Of a stretch of 64,000 bases of DNA, positions 47,625-54,802 are shown one piece after another. This DNA comes from a plasmid. Position numbers and translations under genes: made by a program. How positions within the stretch are numbered: position 1 is the stretch's first letter; every line of letters starts with the position of its first letter. The stretch lies in assembly GCF_988243305.1 (NCBI RefSeq), contig NZ_OZ547138.1, one strand, 5' to 3'. A model generated the notes under the pieces. That model did not search any database. It saw nothing but the letters and a program-made list of their open reading frames with translations, and was not told the origin of the DNA.

Positions 47625-47795
47625 ATGACGCTTGCAGAACGTCTTATACAGAAAGGTTTTGAAAAAGGCGCTCTTGAAGTGGCGCGGGAAATAGCCTGTC
47701 GGCTTCGGGATATGGGCTGGCCGCCGAAACGGATTCAGGAGGCTACCGGACTTTCCGGTGAAGAACTGAAAAAACTGTTTCCTGATGAGCAGTAG
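47625..47795 (+). CDS. Free-standing 56-aa paralog of the Rpn C-terminal tail
   Basis: MTLAERLIQKGFEKGALEVAREIACRLRDMGWPPKRIQEATGLSGEELKKLF aligns with the Rpn tail MTIAERLEQKGRQEG..EKALAIACQLQKMGMTPEQIKQATGLSDDELKKI. AGGAG lies 13 nt upstream. Confidence 0.5.
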   Translation: MTLAERLIQKGFEKGALEVAREIACRLRDMGWPPKRIQEATGLSGEELKKLFPDEQ

Positions 47796-47825
47796 CCTGG
47801 CATTCAGCCAGGCTGTGAATCACGC

Positions 47826-48077
47826 TCACACATCCTCTGCCGTTTCCCCCAGTTCATTTTCCAGACGCCTGATGATATCTGCCTTACGCATCCCCTGCAT
47901 GTGAGGCAGCAGGTCACGGACTGAAAGAGCCTGGGTGGTCCTCCAGACGGTGACGTCCACCTGTTCCGCATTTTCCCAGGCGTGCCATGTTCTCTGCGTC
48001 ACGCCAAATTCTCTGGCCGCTTTTTCGCGTGACCAGAGCATGCTTTTTCGCCAGATTCGCAGTTCCCAGTCGGTCAT
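47826..48077 (-). CDS. Small HTH DNA-binding protein (XRE-like)
   Basis: 83 aa. REKAAREFGVTQRTWHAWEN is a helix-turn-helix. Twin palindromic operators lie upstream. Confidence 0.7.
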   Translation of the reverse strand: MTDWELRIWRKSMLWSREKAAREFGVTQRTWHAWENAEQVDVTVWRTTQALSVRDLLPHMQGMRKADIIRRLENELGETAEDV

Positions 48078-48092
48078 AAAATACCTTTGAAA

Positions 48093-48178
48093 AAGTGAAA
48101 AAACTTCACTTTATTTTATCACCATAATCACCAAATCAGCGCGAAAAATAAGTGTGAAAAAGTGAAGAAATTTCACTT
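48093..48178. promoter_or_regulatory. Two 19-bp palindromes AAGTGAA-N5-TTCACTT (putative operators of the HTH gene)
   Basis: Copies at 48093-48111 and 48160-48178, 67 bp centre-to-centre. They bracket an AT-rich promoter-like stretch immediately upstream of the 47826-48077 gene. Confidence 0.65.
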
Positions 48179-48280
48179 TTTTTAATTGCAGATGTCGTGC
48201 TGTTTTCTCTGTTTTCACCTGTGCGGGAGTGGTGTGCCAGTGACCACCACATGCCATTGTTGTGCCGTCGTTTTTCTTCA

Positions 48281-48653
48281 GTCGCGCCGGATGCGGCGCT
48301 CCCTGCACACCTGACGGTGTGTAAGGCCACTGCGCCTGATGGCGCAGCTGTCTCTGCCTGTCTGCCGCCGCACTGCGGCCTGTTCTCCGCAGACGGACTT
48401 TCCGGGGGAACATACACGACCACATCCCGTTTCAGTTATCCAGGGGAGAGATGTACCAGCCACAAAACTTTTTGCCGCAGGCGTCAAAAACTTTTGCGTC
48501 TGCCCCCGGACAACTGCCCCGTGACGTGGTGAGCATCCCCCGTCGGAAAGGTCCACTGCGGGGAAATCCCCGAAGACCCGGACGGCAGAAGGAGCTTCGC
48601 TCCTCCGGGAAATGACCTGGCTGACCCGGCAGTCGTGACGATGAGGAGACAAT
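48281..48653. repeat. Family-B hairpin element, copy 3 (lacks the first ~170 bp)
   Basis: Aligns with the 3' two-thirds of copies 1 and 2 from gtcgcgccg…ccctgcacacctgacggtgtgt onward. It ends at the start of the 283-aa ORF. Confidence 0.65.
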
Positions 48654-49505
48654 GTGATGAATCAGACTTTACCCACTGCTGACCTGAATACTGCCGGCAC
48701 GACAGATATTATTCCGTCTGTGGCCATCGACCGCATTATCGCGCAGCGTAACGAAGGTATTGCACTGTTCATGCAGGCGATGGAATGCCTGGCGACAGCA
48801 CGCAGGATTCTGCTCGATGCTTCTGGTGACATTTTTCTCTACGGGTTTGAAGACTGCGTGACTGACTCTGTTCGATGCATGGATAAACCGGAAGAAGCAA
48901 AAAAGAATATCACCCGTCTTGCCGACCGTAAAATCTGGGACCGCCTGATGGCGGATACGGGGATGTACACCTTCATGAGTTCATGCCAGCGTGATGAGTG
49001 GAACAGCCAGCTGATGAGCGACACCTGTCCTGAAATCACCCTGGACAATGTGCTGGCAACTTTTCGCCATCTGAATGCCAGCAAGATGCAGACATTTGAA
49101 CAGAGACTGATTGATGTCTACCGGAAATTGTCATGGGATTACAGAACCAATAATCCCTGCCGTCTGGGCAAGAAAATCATTATTGAAAACCTGCTGTACC
49201 GCTGGAGTAACGGGCGTGTGACGCTGGACTGCAGCGGACGGGAGGCACTGGATGACCTGGTACGTCCGTTTTATCTGCTGGAGGGACGCAACGTTCCTGA
49301 CTTCAGGAACAGCATCGGGGCGCAGTATGGTGAATATCTCGGGAACGGCGATAATGTCGGTAAGCTGTTAGAAGGGGAATATTTTACGGTGCGTGGCTAC
49401 CAGAAAGGGACCGTACACATTGTCTTTAAGCGTCCTGACCTTGTTGAAAAACTGAATGATATTATTGCACGGCATTATCCTGGTGCATTGCCGCCACGAG
49501 TCTGA
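48654..49505 (+). CDS. Hypothetical 283-aa leading-region protein
   Basis: GTG at 48654 or ATG at 48657, after a GAGGAG SD. No motif I can name with confidence. Confidence 0.65.
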   Translation: MMNQTLPTADLNTAGTTDIIPSVAIDRIIAQRNEGIALFMQAMECLATARRILLDASGDIFLYGFEDCVTDSVRCMDKPEEAKKNITRLADRKIWDRLMADTGMYTFMSSCQRDEWNSQLMSDTCPEITLDNVLATFRHLNASKMQTFEQRLIDVYRKLSWDYRTNNPCRLGKKIIIENLLYRWSNGRVTLDCSGREALDDLVRPFYLLEGRNVPDFRNSIGAQYGEYLGNGDNVGKLLEGEYFTVRGYQKGTVHIVFKRPDLVEKLNDIIARHYPGALPPRV

Positions 49506-49516
49506 TTAAACAGAAA

Positions 49517-49547
49517 AGCCCTGGTATTTATGCCGGGGCTTTTTTTC
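49517..49547. terminator. Hairpin plus T-run between convergent genes
   Basis: agccctgg-tatttatg-ccggggct (1 mismatch) followed by TTTTTTT. Confidence 0.55.
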
Positions 49548-49589
49548 TGTAATCATCATAATCTCAGAACACGATGTGACATTGTCACA

Positions 49590-49931
49590 TCAATTGTTGT
49601 TCATATCGATGCCATCTTTCCTGCCTGAATCTGTCTTTTTAGGTGCTGTTTTAGAGGAAGAACGGCGGGATGGTTTTTTCGATTCTGCTTCCCGAATAAT
49701 GTCGCGAAGTGCTTTCTCTCCTACTTCATACCCTGCATTTTTGAGCGTGTCACGAACATCTGCCAGTGTATAACCCTTTGTCCTTACCAGGACAATGATG
49801 TCATCACGAATGGCATCAAGAAAATCACGCAATGTTTTCCGTTGAGCGGTGAGGTCCGGCAATTCCGATAAGGCAGCTTTTGCCAGCTGGATGTCATCAT
49901 CTGAGTAAAATTTTTTAGAAGCCATTGGCAC
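49590..49931 (-). CDS. Hypothetical 113-aa protein adjacent to oriT
   Basis: Divergent from nikA. Helical N-terminal half and a basic Ser/Lys-rich tail. Possibly an oriT-region DNA-binding accessory protein; unverified. Confidence 0.55.
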   Translation of the reverse strand: MPMASKKFYSDDDIQLAKAALSELPDLTAQRKTLRDFLDAIRDDIIVLVRTKGYTLADVRDTLKNAGYEVGEKALRDIIREAESKKPSRRSSSKTAPKKTDSGRKDGIDMNNN

Positions 49932-50048
49932 TTTCTCTCTGTTTTATGTTGAAGCCTGATTTTATCACCAAAACTGCCTCCTGGCAGGGCTGCGCCCTGC
50001 CTCTGCCGTCTGCATAAGACTATGATGCACAAAAATAACAGGCTATAA

Positions 50049-50135
50049 TTGACCGAAAAACGGGACAGGATGTGGGAATGTCGGACCGCGCACGCGCACT
50101 CAGACATTCCCCACCTGGTCAGGGCTTTGCCCCGA
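50049..50135 (-). other. oriT: oriT (IncI1/R64-type) with predicted nick site
   Basis: The minus strand reads GGGGTGTCGGGGCAAAGCCCTGACC…GGGAATGTCTGAGTGCGCGTGCGCGGTCCGACATTCCCACATCCTG/TCCCG. There are inverted repeats at 50074-50082 and 50103-50111. The RP4/R64-like ATCCTG/T nick motif places nic between 50066 and 50065. Confidence 0.7.
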
Positions 50136-50156
50136 CACCCCGGTAAGGAGCAGACC

Positions 50157-50489
50157 ATGAGTGAGAAGAAAACCCGAACGGGCAGTGAGAACAGGAAGAG
50201 AATTGTAAAATTCACGGCGAGATTCACGGAGGATGAGGCTGAAATCGTAAGAGAAAAAGCGGAGTCAAGTGGACAGACGGTTTCAACATTTATACGAAGT
50301 TCTTCACTGGATAAGGTGGTTAACTGCCGTACTGACGACCGTATGATTGATGAGATTATGCGTCTTGGCCGCCTTCAGAAGCATCTGTTTGTGGAGGGAA
50401 AACGCACTGGTGATAAGGAGTATGCAGAGGTTCTTGTTGCCATTACTGAATATGTCAATGCTCTGCGAAGAGACTTAATGGGACGCTGA
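50157..50489 (+). CDS. nikA: Relaxosome accessory protein NikA (RHH)
   Basis: 110 aa, the R64 NikA length. AAGGAG SD. It lies immediately downstream of oriT and upstream of nikB. Confidence 0.88.
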   Translation: MSEKKTRTGSENRKRIVKFTARFTEDEAEIVREKAESSGQTVSTFIRSSSLDKVVNCRTDDRMIDEIMRLGRLQKHLFVEGKRTGDKEYAEVLVAITEYVNALRRDLMGR

Positions 50490-50500
50490 GATAACTGCTG

Positions 50501-53212
50501 ATGAATGCCATTATTCCGCACAAAAGACGTGACGGCAGGTCTTCCTTTGAAGACCTGATTGCGTACACGTCTGTGCGGGATGATGTGCAGGAAAATGAGC
50601 TCACAGAAGACAGCGAAATCAAGAGTGATGTCCCTCACCGCAACCGTTTCAGACGGCTTGTTGATTATGCAACACGCCTGCGTAACGAAAAATTTGTCTC
50701 CCTGATTGATGTGATGAAGGACGGCAGTCAGTGGGTAAATTTCTATGGCGTAACCTGTTTCCATAACTGCAATTCACTGGAAACAGCTGCTGAAGAGATG
50801 CAGTACAAGGCGGACAAAGCTGTTTTTTCCCGTAATGATACAGACCCCGTTTTCCACTACATTCTTTCCTGGCCTGCGCATGAAAGCCCGCGTCCTGAGC
50901 AGCTTTTTGACTGTGTGCGTCACACACTGAAATCTCTTGAACTCTCAAAACATCAGTACGTGGCTGCCGTTCATACGGACACGGATAATCTGCATGTGCA
51001 TGTTGCCGTGAATCGTGTACATCCTGAAACTGGTTATATTAACTGGCTTTCCTGGAGCCAGGAAAAACTCAGCCGTGCATGTCGTGAACTTGAACTTAAG
51101 CACGGATTCGCGCCTGATAATGGCTGCTTTGTGCATGCACCCGGCAACCGTATTGTGCGCAAAACAGCGCTGGTACGTGAGCGCCGTAATGCCTGGCGAC
51201 GCGGGAAAAAGCAGACGTTCAGGGAATATATTGCGCAGATGTCGATTGCCGGGCTGCGTGAAGAGCCCGCACAAGACTGGTTGTCTTTGCATAAACGGCT
51301 GGCCAGTGATGGTCTGTATATCACGATGCAGGAAGGGGAACTGGTGGTGAAGGATGGCTGGGACAGAGCGCGGGAAGGTGTTGCACTCAGTTCGTTCGGA
51401 CCGTCATGGACAGCTGAAAAACTGGGGCGGAAACTGGGGGAATATCAGCCTGTACCGACAGATATTTTCAGTCAGGTGGGGACACCCGGTCGTTATGATC
51501 CGGAAGCCATAAACGTTGATATCCGGCCGGAAAAAGTGGCAGAAACGGAGAGTCTGAAACAGTACGCCTGCCGTCATTTTGCCGAACGCTTACCGGAAAT
51601 GGCGAGAAATGGTGAGCTGGAAAGTTGCCTGGATGTGCACAGAACTCTGGCAAAGGCTGGATTATGGATGGGGATCCAGCACGGGCATCTGGTACTGCAT
51701 GATGGATTTGATAAACAACAGACACCAGTACGTGCAGACAGTGTGTGGCCGTTAATGACGCTGGATTATATGCAGGATCTGGATGGTGGATGGCAGCCTG
51801 TACCGAAGGATATTTTTACTCAGGTTATACCCGGAGAACGATTCCGGGGACGTAATCTTGGTACTCAGGCTGTCAGTGATTACGAATGGTATCGTATTCG
51901 GATGGGGACAGGTCCACAGGGAGCAATAAAGCGCGAACTGTTTTCCGATAAGGAAAGTCTGTGGGGGTACACGACTGTTCAGTGTGAGTCGTTGATTGAA
52001 GATATGATCGCGGGCGGGAATTTCAGCTGGCAGGCGTGCCATGAGATGTTTGCGCGTAAAGGGCTTATGTTGCAGAAACAGCATCATGGTCTTGTGATTG
52101 TGGATGCGTTTAATCATGAGCTCACACCAGTGAAGGCCAGCAGTATCCACCCGGATTTGACGTTATCCAGGGCTGAGCCGCAGGCAGGGCCATTTGAGAT
52201 TGCAGGTGCAGATATATTTGAACGGGTGAAGCCTGAATGTCGCTACAATCCGGAACTTGCTGCCAGCGATGAAGTGGAGCTCGGCTTCCGGCGCGATCCT
52301 GTACTGCGTCGTGAACGCCGTGAAGCCCGTGCAGCTGCGCGGGAAGATTTGCGCGCGCGTTATCTTGCATGGAAGGAGCACTGGCGTAAACCCGACTTAC
52401 GTTACGGAGAACGGTTACGGGAAATTCATGCTGCCTGCCGTCGGCGCAAGGCGTATATCCGTGTGCAGTTCCGGGATCCACAATTGCGTAAGCTGCATTA
52501 CCATATTGCAGAAGTGCAGCGTATGCAGGCGCTGATCAGGCTGAAGGAGAGTGTGAAGGAAGAGCGGTTGTCACTGATTGCGGAGGGTAAGTGGTATCCT
52601 TTGTCCTACCGGCAGTGGGTGGAGCAACAGGCGGTACAGGGAGACAGAGCTGCATTATCACAGTTACGTGGCTGGGATTATCGTGATCGTCGCAAAGACA
52701 AGCGACGAACAACGAATGCCGACCGCTGCGTGATTCTCTGTGAACCGGGAGGAACTCCACTTTATGAAGACACTGGCGTTCTCGAAGCCCGTCTGCAGAA
52801 AGATGGCAGTGTGCGTTTTCGTGATCGGAGGAATGGCGAGTTAGTCTGTGTGGATTATGGGGACCGTGTGGTGTTCTACCATCATCAGGACAGAAATGAA
52901 CTGGTGGATAAGCTGAATCTGATTGCTCCTGTATTGTTTGATCGTGAGCCAAGAATGGGTTTTGAACCGGAAGGCTCATATCAACAGTTTAATGATGTAT
53001 TTGCGGAAATGGTGGCCTGGCATAATGCAGCTGGAATAACCGGAAGTGGACACTTTGTAATCAGCCGCCCGGATGTGGATTTACATCGTCAGCGTAGTGA
53101 ACAGTACTACCACGAATATATCAGGCAACAGAAAAGCATATCCGGGGGGCATGGCGCATCTTATGCTCCAGTTCAGGATAATGAGTGGACGCCACCATCA
53201 CCTGGAATGTAG
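50501..53212 (+). CDS. nikB: Relaxase NikB (MOBP family)
   Basis: 903 aa. The N-terminal relaxase domain has the HTDTDNLHVHVAVNRV histidine motif. Its size is close to R64 NikB. Confidence 0.9.
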   Translation: MNAIIPHKRRDGRSSFEDLIAYTSVRDDVQENELTEDSEIKSDVPHRNRFRRLVDYATRLRNEKFVSLIDVMKDGSQWVNFYGVTCFHNCNSLETAAEEMQYKADKAVFSRNDTDPVFHYILSWPAHESPRPEQLFDCVRHTLKSLELSKHQYVAAVHTDTDNLHVHVAVNRVHPETGYINWLSWSQEKLSRACRELELKHGFAPDNGCFVHAPGNRIVRKTALVRERRNAWRRGKKQTFREYIAQMSIAGLREEPAQDWLSLHKRLASDGLYITMQEGELVVKDGWDRAREGVALSSFGPSWTAEKLGRKLGEYQPVPTDIFSQVGTPGRYDPEAINVDIRPEKVAETESLKQYACRHFAERLPEMARNGELESCLDVHRTLAKAGLWMGIQHGHLVLHDGFDKQQTPVRADSVWPLMTLDYMQDLDGGWQPVPKDIFTQVIPGERFRGRNLGTQAVSDYEWYRIRMGTGPQGAIKRELFSDKESLWGYTTVQCESLIEDMIAGGNFSWQACHEMFARKGLMLQKQHHGLVIVDAFNHELTPVKASSIHPDLTLSRAEPQAGPFEIAGADIFERVKPECRYNPELAASDEVELGFRRDPVLRRERREARAAAREDLRARYLAWKEHWRKPDLRYGERLREIHAACRRRKAYIRVQFRDPQLRKLHYHIAEVQRMQALIRLKESVKEERLSLIAEGKWYPLSYRQWVEQQAVQGDRAALSQLRGWDYRDRRKDKRRTTNADRCVILCEPGGTPLYEDTGVLEARLQKDGSVRFRDRRNGELVCVDYGDRVVFYHHQDRNELVDKLNLIAPVLFDREPRMGFEPEGSYQQFNDVFAEMVAWHNAAGITGSGHFVISRPDVDLHRQRSEQYYHEYIRQQKSISGGHGASYAPVQDNEWTPPSPGM

Positions 53213-53315
53213 GGATGAGGAGTGGATATTAAAAATCTTAACTTGTATTAGTTAAGATTTTCTTTGCTCTGACAGAGCTATGGTACTGAGATCTATATGG
53301 ATTGAGGAGCAATAT

Positions 53316-53711
53316 ATGGGGGTAAAGAAAATCGTTATGCTGGCTATTTTAGTCAGCTTTGTGGCGGGATGTGCGCCATTACATCCTTCAAATTGCCATA
53401 AAACTACAGCCCTGGGTAGTTGCAGTTCAGGACGTTGGGATGATCAGGATGAATGGGGGGAGCAAGCACGGGGAATCAGGGATGCAATTAATGCTAAACT
53501 TGATGATCCGCAAAAATGGAAAAGGAAAAAATGCAGGTTGCATATGGAATTCTCCCGGGATGGCACGGCGTTAAAAATATCAACCAGTAATGGCGATAAA
53601 GCCTATTGCGAAGCGATAAAGTCAGCAGCCCATAAAGCTAAATTCCCGGCCTTCAACAATCCGGAAGTTTATAGAGATTTTCAAAAATCCGGCTTTGACA
53701 TGCGCGGTTAG
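53316..53711 (+). CDS. Lipoprotein with TolA C-terminal (domain III)-like domain
   Basis: 131 aa from the ATG after a GAGGAG SD. Lipobox VAGC. IRDAINAKLDDPQKWKRKKCRLHMEFSRDGTALKISTSNGDKAYCEAIKSAAHKAKFPAF aligns with E. coli TolA IKSAIESKFYDASSYAGKTCTLRIKLAPDGMLLDIKPEGGDPALCQAALAAAKLAKIPKP. Confidence 0.7.
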   Translation: MGVKKIVMLAILVSFVAGCAPLHPSNCHKTTALGSCSSGRWDDQDEWGEQARGIRDAINAKLDDPQKWKRKKCRLHMEFSRDGTALKISTSNGDKAYCEAIKSAAHKAKFPAFNNPEVYRDFQKSGFDMRG

Positions 53712-53996
53712 CTCCACGACATATCTGTAGGGCTAACAGAAGACTGTCAGGTTGGCTGATTACTACACTGGAACCTGAGGTACTTTGCCTCAGGTTATGT
53801 TGACATACTCAAAAATAGATTCTTACATTATCCCGGTAACGGCGTCCTTCATCGGCCTGCCAGTTACCATCAATGGTATTGGTACCCTCGTTCTTTCTGT
53901 CTGTGATGTTAATAAGGGCAAAATTAATCAGCATGTCTGGCAGGAATGATTCCGCGTCTGGCACAGCCAGGCACCTGATGGCATGAAATGCCGCTA

Positions 53997-54023
53997 AGCC
54001 CGCGTAATTGCGGGCTTTTTTTT
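53997..54023 (+). terminator. Rho-independent terminator
   Basis: agcccgc-gtaatt-gcgggct followed by a T8 run. Confidence 0.65.
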
Positions 54024-54253
54024 GTTTGTGTTTGGCACGATCTGGCAACGGGAGGAAGCGCCAAGCACCGTTTGAGCATGGCATTAAAGCTGGTATTATG
54101 GTTTGGCGATGCCATGATTGATGCCGATACCATGCTGCGTTCTTTTGTGTGTTCATGGTATTAATATTCTATAAGTTACTGTTTCGTAAGAAAAAATACG
54201 ATAAATTCGAGATTTTTTCAGCATGGTATCGGAGACGAAGAAGGACAAGGTAC

Positions 54254-54802
54254 ATGCTGACCGATACCAAGCTGCGCAATCTCAAGCCCAGGGACAAACT
54301 CTACAAAGTGAATGACCGGGAAGGTCTCTATGTGGCAGTGACTCCAGCCGGCTCCATCTCGTTCCGTTACAACTACTCAATCAACGGTCGGCAGGAGACC
54401 ATCACCTTTGGGCGTTATGGTGTCGGTGGCATCACCCTGGCCGAAGCCCGCGAGCTGTTGGGTGACGCCAAGAAGATGGTTGCGGCGGGCAAGTCGCCGG
54501 CCAAGGAGAAAGCCCGAGACAAGGCGCGGGTGAAAGATGCAGAGACGTTCGGTGCCTGGGCGGAGAAGTGGCTGCGTGGCTACCAGATGGCCGACTCCAC
54601 CCGCGATATGCGCCGCTCGGTTTATGAGCGTGAGCTGAAGCCGAAATTCAGCAATCAGAAGCTGGTGGAGATCACCCACGAAGACTTGCGGGCGCTGGCT
54701 GATGCCATTGTTGAGCGAGGCGCACCGGCCACCGCCGTTCATGTGCGTGAAATCGTGTTGCAGGTATTTCGCTGGGCCATCGAGCGTGGGCAGAAGGTCG
54801 AA
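54254..54802 (+). pseudogene. N-terminal 183 codons of a P4-type tyrosine integrase, cut by IS26
   Basis: MLTDTKLRNLKPRDKLYKVNDREGLYVAVTPAGSISFRYNY is the typical arm-binding N-terminus. The frame runs straight into the IS26 IR at 54803, and the catalytic domain is absent. Confidence 0.85.
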
